Assembly: GCA_964354255.1 (NCBI GenBank)
Contig: CAYGYX010000008.1
Coordinates: 7,898-52,556 of the forward strand
Reading direction: 5' to 3'
Length of the DNA: 44,659 bases
Source of the DNA: an uncultured Acidimicrobiia bacterium
Lineage (GTDB): Bacteria > Actinomycetota > Acidimicrobiia > Spongiisociales > UBA11373
The notes under the pieces are model-generated. The model ran no database searches, was not told the DNA's origin, and worked only from the letters and a program-made list of their open reading frames with translations. This document shows positions 10,780 through 21,242 of the stretch, one piece after another (position 1 is the first letter of the stretch; each line of letters begins with the position of its first letter). A program made the position numbers and the translations under genes.

Positions 10780-11457
10780 ATGGCGGGGGTTCTCCGCATC
10801 GAGCTCGTGGATGACCACGAAGTGGTCCGCGAGGGGCTGAAGGCACTACTCGACGCCGAGAGGGACCTCGCCGTGGTCGGGGAGGCGGGGACGGTGGCCG
10901 AGGCGGTGCGCCGGGTGGGCTACGACGGCCCCGACGTGGTGGTGCTCGATGTCCGCCTGCCCGACGGGAGCGGCGTCGAGGCTTGCCGGGAGATACGCGC
11001 CCGCTGGCCCAACGTCAAGGTGCTCATGCTCACCTCGTTCGCCGACGATGAGGCCCTCTTTTCCTCCATCATGGCCGGGGCCTCTGGATACGTGCTCAAG
11101 CAGATCAAGGGCACCGACCTGGTGGACAGCGTGCGCCGCGTGGGACGGGGTGAGTCCCTGCTCGACCCCGAGATGACCGCCCGGGTGTTCCGCCGCATCC
11201 GGGGCGAGGAAGCCGACGACCCACTGCTGGCCCGGCTCTCCAAGCAGGAGCGGCGCATCCTCGAGCTCATTGCCGAGGGGCTCACCAACCGCCAGATCGC
11301 CGAGCGCATGTTCCTTGCCGAGAAGACGGTGAAGAACTACGTGTCTAACGTACTGGCCAAGCTGGACATGGGCCGGCGCAGCGAGGCGGCGGCGTATGCC
11401 GCCCGGCTCGAGGCCCTGCGCCAGCACAAGTACCCACCGGAGCAGTGGCCGCAGTGA
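10780..11457 (+). CDS. dosR: DosR/DevR-like NarL-family response regulator
   Basis: LVDDHEVVR, VLDVRLPDGSG, AGASGYVLK and the HTH GLTNRQIAERMFLAEKTVKNYVS closely follow mycobacterial DevR/DosR. ATG 10780 lies 7 nt after TACTGT. Confidence 0.85.
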   Translation: MAGVLRIELVDDHEVVREGLKALLDAERDLAVVGEAGTVAEAVRRVGYDGPDVVVLDVRLPDGSGVEACREIRARWPNVKVLMLTSFADDEALFSSIMAGASGYVLKQIKGTDLVDSVRRVGRGESLLDPEMTARVFRRIRGEEADDPLLARLSKQERRILELIAEGLTNRQIAERMFLAEKTVKNYVSNVLAKLDMGRRSEAAAYAARLEALRQHKYPPEQWPQ

Positions 11458-11514
11458 CGGTGGGGGCCTGAGAGGCCGCCCATCGGCGGCCGGTGAGCAG
11501 GGAGGAGGCCGGCC

Positions 11515-12192
11515 GTGATGAAGGTCCGCGACGTCATGACCACGGATCCCATTCGGGTGACCGGCACCACCCGTCTCCGAGAGGCGGCGCGCCTCATGGT
11601 GCGCCACCGGGTCAGCGGCCTCCCCGTCGTGGACGAGGCGGGTCGGCTCGTCGGGATCCTCACCGAGGGGGACTTCATCCGGCAGGAAGCCACTCGCGAC
11701 CGCCCGCACGGGGTGAGCCTGCTCGATGCCCTCTTCGGGGAAGGCGAGCTGCAGCCGGTGAGTGCCGAGACCGTCGCCGAGGTGATGACTCGCAGCGTGG
11801 TGACCATCACCCCGGAGGCCACCGTGGGGGAGGCCGCCCGGGTCATGGGACGGCGCAACATCAAGAGCCTCCCGGTGGTCGACCTGGACGGGGAGCTGGT
11901 GGGGATCATCAGCCGGGCCGACGTGGTGAGCGCGTTCACCAAGCCCGACGACGTCATCGAGGACGAGATCCGCGAGGACGTCATCCGCCGCTTGCTCTTC
12001 CTGGACCCACAACTGGTCACGGTGGTGGTGAGCGACGGGGTGGTGACCCTGGCGGGGGAGCTGGAGAACCGCACCGAGGTCCAGCTCCTCGAGGAGCTCA
12101 CCCGGCGCATCGCCGGGGTGGTCAAGGTGGAGAGCCAGCTCGCCTACAAGATGGACGACCGCCGGCTGGAGGGCAAGAATCCGCTGCTCTGA
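11515..12192 (+). CDS. CBS-pair + BON domain protein
   Basis: Two CBS repeats (VRDVMT...SGLPVVD...GILTEGD; VAEVMT...LPVVD...GIISRAD); C-terminal BON (VTVVVSDGVVTLAG...GVVKVESQL); SD GGGAGGAGG. Confidence 0.9.
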   Translation: MMKVRDVMTTDPIRVTGTTRLREAARLMVRHRVSGLPVVDEAGRLVGILTEGDFIRQEATRDRPHGVSLLDALFGEGELQPVSAETVAEVMTRSVVTITPEATVGEAARVMGRRNIKSLPVVDLDGELVGIISRADVVSAFTKPDDVIEDEIREDVIRRLLFLDPQLVTVVVSDGVVTLAGELENRTEVQLLEELTRRIAGVVKVESQLAYKMDDRRLEGKNPLL

Positions 12193-12256
12193 CCGGGTAG
12201 TCACTACCGACGGCTGCTCCCTGGCTCTTGCCTCGTGGGGAGAGCGAGGGCCACCG

Positions 12257-13012
12257 ATGCTGGCGGTGCACGCCACCGGGTTCTGTAAGGAGCTCTGGGA
12301 ACCGGTCATCCGTCGTGCCGGTCGCCCTTGGCGGGTGGTCGCCCCGGACCAGCGCGGCCACGGTGACTCGGACGCGCCGCCGGGCCCTTGCGACTGGTGG
12401 GACCTGGGCCGGGACCTCCTCGCCGTGGTGGGCGACGCTGCCCTGGAGCGCCCCCTCGGTCTCGGCCATTCTTCGGGGGCGGCCGCGCTGGTGATGGCCG
12501 AACTGCTCCGCCCGGGCACCTTCCGGGCCCTCATGCTGGTGGAGCCCATCGTGTTCCCCCCGCCGTACTTCCGCGCCGAGGAGAACCCGATGTCGGCGGC
12601 CGCCCTGCGCCGTCGCGCCTCCTTCCCCTCGCCCGAGGCGGCGCTCGCCGCCTTTGGTGGGCGTGGGCCTTTCCGGCACTGGACCGATGAGGCCCTGGCC
12701 CTCTACGTGGCGCACGGGCTCCGGTCGCGCGACGGGGCCTGGGCCCTGAAATGCACTCCGGAGGTCGAGGCCGAGTTCTACCGCGGGGCGACGGCCCACG
12801 GGGTGTGGGAGCGGATGGGTGAGGTGATCTGCCCGGTGCTGCTGGTGGCCGGGGCCGATTCGGACAGTCATCCGGCGTCGTTCATCGGCGCCATCCACCG
12901 CCGCTTCGCCGACGCCCGGCTGGAGGTGGTGCCCGGGGCCGGCCACTTGGTCCCCATGGAGCAGCCCGGGGCCGTCGCCGGCCTGCTCGACTCCCTGCCG
13001 TCGGGGAACTGA
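12257..13012 (+). CDS. Alpha/beta hydrolase (candidate MenH-like; true start probably upstream)
   Basis: HATGF oxyanion region, DQRGHGDS, GHSSG nucleophile elbow, GAGHLVPME; directly upstream of menF. Confidence 0.8.
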   Translation: MLAVHATGFCKELWEPVIRRAGRPWRVVAPDQRGHGDSDAPPGPCDWWDLGRDLLAVVGDAALERPLGLGHSSGAAALVMAELLRPGTFRALMLVEPIVFPPPYFRAEENPMSAAALRRRASFPSPEAALAAFGGRGPFRHWTDEALALYVAHGLRSRDGAWALKCTPEVEAEFYRGATAHGVWERMGEVICPVLLVAGADSDSHPASFIGAIHRRFADARLEVVPGAGHLVPMEQPGAVAGLLDSLPSGN

Positions 13013-13056
13013 GGCGGGGAGCCCGGCGCCGGCCGGCCGGTAACATCGCCCCGGCC

Positions 13057-14364
13057 GTGCTCATCCCCCGCCCCGCCCTCGCCGAACTGGAGGCCGCTCT
13101 CCGAACGGCTATCGGCGGGCTCCGGGTGGTGGCGGTGGAACTGGACATCGACCCGCTCGATCTGGTGCGCGCGGGCGCCGGCGCCTTCGGCTCCGCCGTC
13201 TTCTTCTCGAGTCCGGCGGGGCGGGTCGTCGGGGGACTGGGCGTGTCGTGGGCCGCCGAGGCTTCCGGCCCGGAGCGCTTCGTCCTCCTCGATCGGGCGC
13301 TCCGCCGCTCGGTTCCCAACGGGGTGGAGGCAGCCCTCGGCTTCGCCTTTGCCCCCGGTGGCCCCCACTCCTCGGAGTGGGATGGTTTCCCGGCCGCGAC
13401 GGTGGTGATCCCCCAGATCGCCGTCTGGCGCCAGGGTGGGCGGTCCCGGCTAACCCTCGCCGTGCCGGCGGGGGCAAGCCCGGCGGCGGTCCTGGCCACG
13501 GCGGCGATGCTGCGGCGGCCCGGTCCGCCGGAGGTGCCCAGGGGCACCGAACCGTCGCAGCCGGTGTCCCCGGTCGGGGATTGGGTCGACCGGGTGACTG
13601 AAGCCGTGGCGGCCATTCGCTCGGGCGGGCCGGCCAAGGTGGTCCTCGCCCGGGCGCAACGGGTCGTCCTGGAGCGGGCGGCCGAGCCTTTCGACGTGGT
13701 GGCGGCGCTGCGCGACCGGTCCCCGGGGTGCCATGCCTACGGCTGGCAGGTGGGCACCGCCGCCCTGGTGGGGGCCAGCCCGGAGCTGCTGGTGTCCCGG
13801 GCCGGGGAGTGGTTCGAGGCGCGGCCCCTGGCCGGCTCTGCCCCGCGGGGGGCCGACCCCGAGGAGGACCGGCGCCTGGGTGATCACCTGCTCTCCAACC
13901 CCAAGGAGCGGGCCGAGCACGCCTTCGTCGTGGAGGAGGTGGCCTCCCACCTGGCGCCGTTCGCCGAGACGATGGACCGGCCCCCCGGCCCCCGGCTGGA
14001 GCGCCTCACCGGGGTGCAGCACCTGGCCACCCCTGTCGGAGGGACCACCGGGGCGCGCCTCCTGGCGCTGGTGGAGGCGCTCCACCCGACGGCGGCGGTG
14101 GGCGGCGTGCCCCGCCCCGAGGCGCTCGCCTACATCGACAAAGTCGAGGGCATGGATCGCGGCTGGTACGCCGGGGGGGTGGGCTGGGTCGAGCCGGGGG
14201 GAGACGGTGAGGTGGCGGTTGCCCTGCGCTGCGCCCTGCTGCGGGGGGAGGAGGCTCTGGTGTACGCCGGGGCCGGCATCGTGGCGGACTCGGATCCGAT
14301 GGCCGAGGCGGCCGAGACGGATCTGAAGATGAGCCCGCTGCTCGGCGTGTTCCAGGCCGGCTGA
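13057..14364 (+). CDS. menF: Isochorismate synthase
   Basis: Chorismate-binding motifs KVVLAR, GASPELL, PLAGS, KERAEH, LHPTAAVGG, RGWYAG, YAGAGIV; lies within a men cluster. Confidence 0.88.
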   Translation: MLIPRPALAELEAALRTAIGGLRVVAVELDIDPLDLVRAGAGAFGSAVFFSSPAGRVVGGLGVSWAAEASGPERFVLLDRALRRSVPNGVEAALGFAFAPGGPHSSEWDGFPAATVVIPQIAVWRQGGRSRLTLAVPAGASPAAVLATAAMLRRPGPPEVPRGTEPSQPVSPVGDWVDRVTEAVAAIRSGGPAKVVLARAQRVVLERAAEPFDVVAALRDRSPGCHAYGWQVGTAALVGASPELLVSRAGEWFEARPLAGSAPRGADPEEDRRLGDHLLSNPKERAEHAFVVEEVASHLAPFAETMDRPPGPRLERLTGVQHLATPVGGTTGARLLALVEALHPTAAVGGVPRPEALAYIDKVEGMDRGWYAGGVGWVEPGGDGEVAVALRCALLRGEEALVYAGAGIVADSDPMAEAAETDLKMSPLLGVFQAG

Positions 14365-14366
14365 GG

Positions 14367-16073
14367 TCAGAGCCCGGCGAGGGCGGTCTCCACCGCCTGG
14401 CGCAGTCGGCGGTGGAGGAGCAGGTTGGCGGCCCGGTCGGTGCGCACCTCGACCAGGCGGGGTGCCGCGGGCGGCTCGGCGAGGAGTGCGGCCAGCTCGC
14501 GCCGGCTCTCGGCTCGGGTTGCCTCGACGCCGAACACCCCGGCGGCGCGCACGAAGTCGAGGCCATGTGGGGTCCCCCAGTGGCGCTCGAAGAGGCCGGG
14601 GAGGACCGCCGCCTGGGGGAGGAAGTGGAAGATGCCGCCCCCGTCGTTGTGCAGCACGACGATGGTGGCCGGGATGCCGAGGCGGGCGGCGGTGCCCAGG
14701 GCGGTGAGATCGTGGAGAGCGGAGAGGTCGCCGGCCAGCAGGTAGGTGGGGCAGCCCGACACGGCGGCCGCCCCCAGCCCGGTGGAGAGGAAGCCGTCGA
14801 TGCCGCTCGCTCCCCGGTTGCCGGCGATGCGCAGCGGTGCGGAGCGGGCGGGGAGGAAGGCATCGACGTCGCGCACCGGCATCGAGGAGGCCACCAGCAG
14901 CAGCGATCGAGCGGGCAGCGCCCCACCCAGCATTCGGGCCACGGCCGGCTCGTTGGGGAAGGGGGCCTCGGCGAGCACCCACTCGATGGCCCCCGCCGCC
15001 GCCCGCCCCGCCTCCTGCCATCGCTCCAGCCAGTCGCCCGGCGCCGGGGCAGGGATTGCGGCGGCGACGGCGGCCAGCGTGGCGGCGGCATCGGCCCGGA
15101 CCATCAGGGTGGTGGTGCCCGTGGGATCGCGCCACCCGGCCGGGTCGATCAGCACCTGGGGGACCTCCGGGTGCTCACCGAGCCATTGCCATAGCGCCTT
15201 CGAGGTGGGCAGGGCGCCGACCCGGACCACCACCTCGGGAGCTGCCCGAGTGAGCCACCCGGCGGCGGCCAGGGGATCCCCCTCGGCGATCACGTGGCCG
15301 AGGTCGTGGGCGCCGGCGCGCCCACCGGACAGGGCGTCGGCGATGATGGGCCAACCGGCGGCGGCGGCGCAGGCGGCGGCCGCGGCGGGGAGGGCGGGGT
15401 CGTCCTGGGGACCGCAGACCAGCAGGCCGCGGCGGCCGGCGGCCAGGGCGGCGACCCGGGCCACCGCGGCGGCGGCGGGGAGCAGCTTGCCCAGGGAGAG
15501 GGCGGGGGGAGGCGGCCCCGCCAGGGGCTCCCGCGACTCCGGGACGAGGGGCTCACGGAAGCGGAGGTTGAGGTGCACCGGCCCGGCGGGCTCCTCCCGG
15601 GCGGTGCTCACCAGGCGGGCCGCCAGGGCCCCGGGCCAGCCGGGGGCGGCCTCCCCCGGAGGGGGCGGCTCGAGGTCGTGGGACCACTTGGCCGCCCGGC
15701 CGTAGAGGTCGGCCTGGTCGATGGTCTGGTTGGCACCCACCCCGCGCAGTTCGGCGGGCCGGTCGGCGGTGATCACGATGAGGGGCACCCGGGCGTGGTG
15801 CGCTTCGATCACCGCCGGGTGGAACTCGGCGGCGGCGGTCCCGGAAGTGCACACGGCCAACGCCGGGAGGCCGGTGGCCTTGCCGATGCCGAGGGCGAAG
15901 AAGGCCGAGGAGCGCTCGTCGTGGTGGGGCCAGTCGGTGATGGCCGGCTCCTCGGCCAGGGCGAGGGTGAGGGGGGTGCTGCGCGACCCGGGGGTGATGC
16001 AGGCGTGGGCGACCCCAAGCGAGGCGAGGGCCCGCACCAGGCGCACCGTGAAGTCGAAGTTGCGGTCGGCCAC
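14367..16073 (-). CDS. menD: SEPHCHC synthase MenD
   Basis: PGSRSTPL, DERSSAFFALG, CTSGTAAA, TADRP, GANQTIDQ, NRGASGIDG, GDLSALHD, NDGGGIF. GTG start after GGAGG. Confidence 0.95.
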   Translation of the reverse strand: MADRNFDFTVRLVRALASLGVAHACITPGSRSTPLTLALAEEPAITDWPHHDERSSAFFALGIGKATGLPALAVCTSGTAAAEFHPAVIEAHHARVPLIVITADRPAELRGVGANQTIDQADLYGRAAKWSHDLEPPPPGEAAPGWPGALAARLVSTAREEPAGPVHLNLRFREPLVPESREPLAGPPPPALSLGKLLPAAAAVARVAALAAGRRGLLVCGPQDDPALPAAAAACAAAAGWPIIADALSGGRAGAHDLGHVIAEGDPLAAAGWLTRAAPEVVVRVGALPTSKALWQWLGEHPEVPQVLIDPAGWRDPTGTTTLMVRADAAATLAAVAAAIPAPAPGDWLERWQEAGRAAAGAIEWVLAEAPFPNEPAVARMLGGALPARSLLLVASSMPVRDVDAFLPARSAPLRIAGNRGASGIDGFLSTGLGAAAVSGCPTYLLAGDLSALHDLTALGTAARLGIPATIVVLHNDGGGIFHFLPQAAVLPGLFERHWGTPHGLDFVRAAGVFGVEATRAESRRELAALLAEPPAAPRLVEVRTDRAANLLLHRRLRQAVETALAGL

Positions 16074-16111
16074 GGGCCTCCACCTTACCGCCCCGGCCCC
16101 GGGCGTTTCCC

Positions 16112-16990
16112 CTACAGGGCCGCTCCCACCGCCATGAGGGCGCCGGCCAGCAGGTTGAGGCGGGCGGTCGCCCGCAGGGCTCGAATGAGCGCGGGCCCGG
16201 CCGTCTCCCGGGAGACGGCTGCCATCACGGGGATCGCCAGGGGGGCGGCGAGCAGGCCCAGAGCGGCGAGGCGGGGCACCCAGCCGGTGGCGGCTTCGGC
16301 GGCGAGCACGGCGAAGGCTCCCCACACGAGTCCCCCGAAGAGGCGCCGCCCGCCCTGCCTGCCCAGTAGCACGGCCAGCGTGCGCTTGCCGGCGGCACGA
16401 TCGGTGTCCAGGTCGCGCACGTTGTTGGCCACCAGGATGGCGGTGACCAGCATGCCCACGGGGATCGCCAGCAGCCAGGCGGCGGCGGGGGCGGTGCCGT
16501 CGTGCACGAAGCGCGAGCCGACCGTGCCGGCCAGGCCGAAGAACACGAAGACCGCCACCTCCCCCAGCGCGCGGTAGCCGTAGGGAAAGGGTCCTCCGGT
16601 GTAGCCGACGGCGGCCAGCAGGCAGGCGGCGCCGATCACCAGCACCGGCCAGCCGGCGATCACCGCCAGGTGGACACCGCCGGCGGCGGCCAGGGCGAAG
16701 ACGGCGGCGACCCCGACCCACATGCGGCGGGGGCTGATCAGCCCGGCGGCCACCGCCCGGGTCGGGCCGATCCGGGCCGGCCCGTCGGCCCCCCGCCGGG
16801 CGTCGGAGGCGTCGTTGGCGAAGTTGGCCCCCACGTTGATCAGCACGGCCGACACGAGGGCGACGGCGAAGGCGTCGGGACGAAACACCCCCTGCCCCCA
16901 GGCGAGCCCCGACCCGACGAGCACCGGGGCCACCGACGCCCACAAGGTGGCGGGTCGGGCGGCGAGCAGCCAGGGGCGGAGGCGGCTCAC
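16112..16990 (-). CDS. menA: 1,4-dihydroxy-2-naphthoate polyprenyltransferase
   Basis: [47 protein letters not shown]; GTGA overlap with the menB stop. Confidence 0.95.
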   Translation of the reverse strand: MSRLRPWLLAARPATLWASVAPVLVGSGLAWGQGVFRPDAFAVALVSAVLINVGANFANDASDARRGADGPARIGPTRAVAAGLISPRRMWVGVAAVFALAAAGGVHLAVIAGWPVLVIGAACLLAAVGYTGGPFPYGYRALGEVAVFVFFGLAGTVGSRFVHDGTAPAAAWLLAIPVGMLVTAILVANNVRDLDTDRAAGKRTLAVLLGRQGGRRLFGGLVWGAFAVLAAEAATGWVPRLAALGLLAAPLAIPVMAAVSRETAGPALIRALRATARLNLLAGALMAVGAAL

Positions 16991-17805
16991 GGGAGGCGGG
17001 GGAACCTGCCGAAGTCGGGTTCCCGCTTCTCGACGAAGGAGTCGCGCCCCTCCTGCGCCTCCTCGCTCATGTAGAAGAGCAGGGTGGCATCGCCGGCCAG
17101 CTGCTGCTGCCCGGCGAGGCCGTCGGCGGCGGCGTTGATGGCGGCCTTCATCATCCGCACCGCCAGGGGCGAGCGGGCCAGGATCTCCCGGGCCCAGGCC
17201 ACCGTCTCGTCCTCCAGTTGGGTGAGGGGGACCACCTTGTTGACCATTCCCATCTCGTAGGCCTCCTGTGCCGAGTACTGGCGGCACAGGTACCAGATCT
17301 CGCGGGCCCGCTTGTCGCCCACCATGCGGGCGAGGAGGCCCGCCCCATAGCCGCCGTCGAAGGAGCCGACCCGGGGACCGGTCTGAGCGAAGACGGCGTT
17401 GTCGGCGGCGATGGTTAGGTCGCAGACGAGGTGGAGGACGTGGCCTCCCCCCACCGCGTAGCCGGCCACCATGGCGATGATCGGCTTAGGGAGGCGGCGC
17501 ATCTGGATCTGCAGGTCGAGCACGTTCAGGCGGGGGGTGCCCTGCGGGTCGACGTAGCCGGCATCGCCCCTGATGCGCTGGTCGCCGCCGGAGCAGAATG
17601 CCTGATCGCCGGCCCCGGTCAGGATGATCACCCCGACGGCGGGGTCGTTGCGCGCCCACTCGAAGGCGGCGGACAACTCGAACAGGGTCGTGGGCCGGAA
17701 GGCGTTGTGCACTTCGGGGCGGTTGATGGTGATCTTGGCGATGCCCTCGGCGGTGGCGTAGAGGATGTCCTCGTAGGCCCCCGAGGGCTCCCACTGGACG
17801 GGCAT
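16987..17805 (-). CDS. menB: 1,4-dihydroxy-2-naphthoyl-CoA synthase
   Basis: [43 protein letters not shown]. Confidence 0.97.
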   Translation of the reverse strand: MPVQWEPSGAYEDILYATAEGIAKITINRPEVHNAFRPTTLFELSAAFEWARNDPAVGVIILTGAGDQAFCSGGDQRIRGDAGYVDPQGTPRLNVLDLQIQMRRLPKPIIAMVAGYAVGGGHVLHLVCDLTIAADNAVFAQTGPRVGSFDGGYGAGLLARMVGDKRAREIWYLCRQYSAQEAYEMGMVNKVVPLTQLEDETVAWAREILARSPLAVRMMKAAINAAADGLAGQQQLAGDATLLFYMSEEAQEGRDSFVEKREPDFGRFPRLP

Positions 17806-17860
17806 GAGAGGCTCCCCCAGGACGGCGGGCGGGCGCCCGGTACTGTAGTGAGCCACTTTC

Positions 17861-19261
17861 ATGGACTGGCTCCGTTCTTCTGCCCGGCGGCTTCCCGACG
17901 TGCCCGCCCTCGAGTGCGACGGGCGGGCAGTGGCCTACGCCGACCTGGACGCCGCGGCCGATGCAGTAGCTGCCGCTCTCGCCGCCGGCGGCGTCGTGCC
18001 CGGCGACCGAGTGGCCTTCTGGGGTGAGGGCACCCCGGCGGCGGTGGCCGCCGTGTGGGGGATCCCCCGGGCCGGGGCGATGGCGGTGCCGCTCGGCACC
18101 CGGCTGCTCCCGGCCGAGGCGATGGCGCTGACCCGGGCGCTGGGCGTGCGGGTGCTGTGGGGGCCGGGCCCCGATCTGGACCTGGCCCGGCCGGCGGGGG
18201 GCCGGGGAGGGCCCGCGCCGGGCCAGGCAGGCCCGCCCCACCCCGACGCCCGCATCGTGGTCATGACGTCGGGCACCTCGGGACGGGGCCGGCCGGTGGT
18301 GCTGACGGGAGCGAACGCGGCGGCTTCGGCCGCCGCCTCCCAAGCGCGACTGGGCAACGGCCCGGGGGACCGCTGGCTGTGTGTCCTGCCGCTCCACCAC
18401 GTGGGCGGCCTCTCCATCCTGTGGCGCTCGGCCCGGGAAGGAGGCACGGTGGTGCTGGAGGAGCGCTTCGGCGCGCTGGAGACGGCGGCCCTGCTGGCGG
18501 GCGGGTCCATCGCCTTTGCCTCTCTGGTCCCCACCATGCTGGCTCGCGTGCTCGACGAGCACCCGGGGCCCTTCCCCGGGGTGCGGGCGGTGCTGGTGGG
18601 CGGCGGCCCCGCCGACCCGGCCCTCCTCGCCCGGGCGCGCAGGGCGGGCCTGCCCGTGCTGGCCACCTACGGCATGACCGAGACCACTTCGCAGGTGGCC
18701 ACCGAATCGCCCGCCGAGGCCGGCCTCCGGCCGGGCAGCGCCGGGCGTCCACTGGACGGGTTCACGGTGCGGGCGGTCGACGAGGCGAGCCGGGTCCTGT
18801 CGCCGGGGGAGGTGGGGTGCCTCAAGGTGCGGGGGGCGGCGGTGTCCCCCGGCTATCTGGGCGAGCCGGAGCGGGGGCCGGGGGAGTGGCTGCGCACCGG
18901 CGACCTGGGCTTCCTCGACCACGAGGGGTACCTGTTCGTGGTGGGCCGGGCCGACGACGCCATCATCACCGGGGGCGAGAAGGTACACCCGGCCGCCGTG
19001 GAGGCGGTGCTGCGGGAGCTTCCGCTGGTGGCCGATGCCCGGGTCTACGGGGAGGAAGACCCGGAGTGGGGCCAGCGAGTGGTGGCCGAGGTGGCGCCCG
19101 TTCCCGGGGCCGATCTCGACCCGGAGGCCCTGGCCGCCCACGCCCGGGCCCGCCTGGCCGGCTACCAGGTGCCGCGGCGTTGGCTGGTGGTCGAGGAGGT
19201 CCGGCGCAGCGAGCTGGGGAAGACGCGTCGGGGGAGCGGCTCCGGGCATACACCGGGGTGA
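17861..19261 (+). CDS. menE: o-succinylbenzoate-CoA ligase
   Basis: [44 protein letters not shown]; divergent from menB. Confidence 0.88.
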   Translation: MDWLRSSARRLPDVPALECDGRAVAYADLDAAADAVAAALAAGGVVPGDRVAFWGEGTPAAVAAVWGIPRAGAMAVPLGTRLLPAEAMALTRALGVRVLWGPGPDLDLARPAGGRGGPAPGQAGPPHPDARIVVMTSGTSGRGRPVVLTGANAAASAAASQARLGNGPGDRWLCVLPLHHVGGLSILWRSAREGGTVVLEERFGALETAALLAGGSIAFASLVPTMLARVLDEHPGPFPGVRAVLVGGGPADPALLARARRAGLPVLATYGMTETTSQVATESPAEAGLRPGSAGRPLDGFTVRAVDEASRVLSPGEVGCLKVRGAAVSPGYLGEPERGPGEWLRTGDLGFLDHEGYLFVVGRADDAIITGGEKVHPAAVEAVLRELPLVADARVYGEEDPEWGQRVVAEVAPVPGADLDPEALAAHARARLAGYQVPRRWLVVEEVRRSELGKTRRGSGSGHTPG

Positions 19262-19317
19262 TCCCGGATGGGCCGGGGGCGCCGGTCGGCGTACCCTGGC
19301 CGCAAAGGAGGCCCGCC

Positions 19318-20445
19318 ATGATCGTTCTCGCTGCAGTTCTCGTCGTGGCCCTGGTTGGCTGGGGGATCTGGGCCAAGACGCACGAGTCGACTGGCCCTGG
19401 CCCCCGGCGCGGCGTGAGTGCGGAGGGCGCGGAGGGCCAGCCGGACCCCGGATCGCCCCGCCACGACGGCCTGGCCGCCGGACTGGAGCGCTGGGTGGCG
19501 GCGGGCCTGATCTCGGGTGAGCAGGCGGAGGCCATCGCGGCTCACGAGCGGGCGTCGGCGGTCGCCCGGGTGCCGGCCGGTGAGCGTCGGATCTCACTGA
19601 TCGCCGAGGCGCTGGGCTACGTGGGCACGGCCCTGGCCCTGGCCGGGGCGGCCGTCGGCCTGGGGCAGGCCTGGGAGGACATCCCGGCCTGGGGCCAGCT
19701 GGCCATCGCCGCCGGCACTACGGCACTGCTGCTTCTGGGCGGCCTGATCCTGCAGCGCCAGGCGGAGCCGGCCTTCCGGCGCCTGCAGAGCGTGCTCTGG
19801 TTGCTGGCGGTGGGGGCAGCAGCCTGGACCCTGGTGGTGCTGGGCGTCGAGTTCCTCGATCTCGAAGACGACCAGCGGATGGTGCTCCTGGTGGGGGCGG
19901 GGACCGCCGCGCTGGCCGGCCTGCTTTGGGCGGTCCGCCGCCATGCCCTCCAGCACGGTGCCCTCTTCGCCACCCTCCACGCCGCCTTCATCGGGGCCGT
20001 CCTGAGCCTCCCCGGCGATGCCCCGATCTGGGTCTACGCCCTGCTGGTGTGGGCGCTGGGCGCGGCCTGGGCGCTGCTCGGCTGGTTCCGGGTGCTCGAG
20101 CCCTGGTGGCTGGGAGTGGCGCTGGGCTCGGTGGGGGTGGTGATCGGCCCCGGCGTTGGGATAGATGAATACCCGTGGCTGCTGGCCGTGGCGCTGGCGA
20201 CCGCCGTCTTCCTCATGGTGATGAGTGTGCCCACCGGCCAGGTTCCGCTGCTGGCCGTCGGTACGCTGGGCACCTTCTCCTATCTGACCTGGGCGGTGAT
20301 CCGCTACTTCAGCGACACCTTGGGAGTGCCGCTGGCGCTGGTGATCGTCGGCGGGGTCTTCCTGGGCCTGGCGGTGGTCGCCGGCCGTCTCACCCAGGTG
20401 ACCCGGGGACGCCGGCGGGCGCGCCGAGGGTCGCGCACCGGGTAG
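19318..20445 (+). CDS. DUF2157-like multi-pass membrane protein
   Basis: LERWVAAGLISGEQAEAI motif followed by about 10 hydrophobic segments; SD AAGGAGG before ATG 19318. Confidence 0.75.
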   Translation: MIVLAAVLVVALVGWGIWAKTHESTGPGPRRGVSAEGAEGQPDPGSPRHDGLAAGLERWVAAGLISGEQAEAIAAHERASAVARVPAGERRISLIAEALGYVGTALALAGAAVGLGQAWEDIPAWGQLAIAAGTTALLLLGGLILQRQAEPAFRRLQSVLWLLAVGAAAWTLVVLGVEFLDLEDDQRMVLLVGAGTAALAGLLWAVRRHALQHGALFATLHAAFIGAVLSLPGDAPIWVYALLVWALGAAWALLGWFRVLEPWWLGVALGSVGVVIGPGVGIDEYPWLLAVALATAVFLMVMSVPTGQVPLLAVGTLGTFSYLTWAVIRYFSDTLGVPLALVIVGGVFLGLAVVAGRLTQVTRGRRRARRGSRTG

Positions 20446-20456
20446 CATCGCCCGCC

Positions 20457-21242
20457 GTGGAACTCGGGCTCACCGGCAAGCGGGCGGCGGTGGCCGCCTC
20501 CTCCAGCGGCCTGGGCTTCGCTATAGCCCGGGCCCTGGCGGCCGAGGGTTGCCGGGTGGCCGTCTGCGGACGGGATCGGGAACGGATCGAGGCGGCGGCC
20601 GCCTCGATCCGCGCGGAGACCGGTTCCGAGGTCCTGCCGGCCGTGGTGGATGTCTCCGTCGGGGGAGAGGTGACCGACTGGATCGACGGCCTGGCGGCTC
20701 ACTGGCATGGGCTCGATCTGGTGGTACCCAACGCCGGCGGGCCGCCTCCGGGCCGCTTCGCCGACTTCGGGCCCGACGACTGGGACGCCGCCTACCGGCT
20801 CACACTGCGTTCCGCTCTCGAGACGGCTCGTGCCGCCCGGCCGCACCTGCCGCGCGGGAGCTCGCTGCTGTTCATGACGGCAGTGTCGGTCAGGCAGCCC
20901 ATCGCCACCCTGGTGCTGTCCATGGTGTTTCGCTCCGGGGTGTCGGCCCTGGCCAAGGGGCTCGCCGACGAATGGGCGGCCGACGGGATCAGGGTCAACC
21001 ACCTGGTCCCGGGGCGCATCGCCACCGACCGGGTGGCCGCGCTCGACGAGGAGTCGGCGCAGCGTCGCGGGCTCGCGGTCGCCCAGGTACGCACCGAGCG
21101 CGAAGCCACCATCCCCCTGGGACGCTACGGGCACGCCTCCGAGTTTGCCGCCGCCGCCGTATTCCTCCTGTCCGATGCCGCCGCCTACATCACCGGGGCG
21201 ACGCTGGCGGTGGACGGCGGGTTGCTGCGCCCCATCGTCTAG
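20457..21242 (+). CDS. Short-chain dehydrogenase/reductase (atypical, no YxxxK Tyr)
   Basis: AASSSGLG, NAGGPPPG, IRVNHLVPGRIATDR, YITGATLAVDGG. GTG lies 8 nt after TAGCAT. Confidence 0.9.
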   Translation: MELGLTGKRAAVAASSSGLGFAIARALAAEGCRVAVCGRDRERIEAAAASIRAETGSEVLPAVVDVSVGGEVTDWIDGLAAHWHGLDLVVPNAGGPPPGRFADFGPDDWDAAYRLTLRSALETARAARPHLPRGSSLLFMTAVSVRQPIATLVLSMVFRSGVSALAKGLADEWAADGIRVNHLVPGRIATDRVAALDEESAQRRGLAVAQVRTEREATIPLGRYGHASEFAAAAVFLLSDAAAYITGATLAVDGGLLRPIV

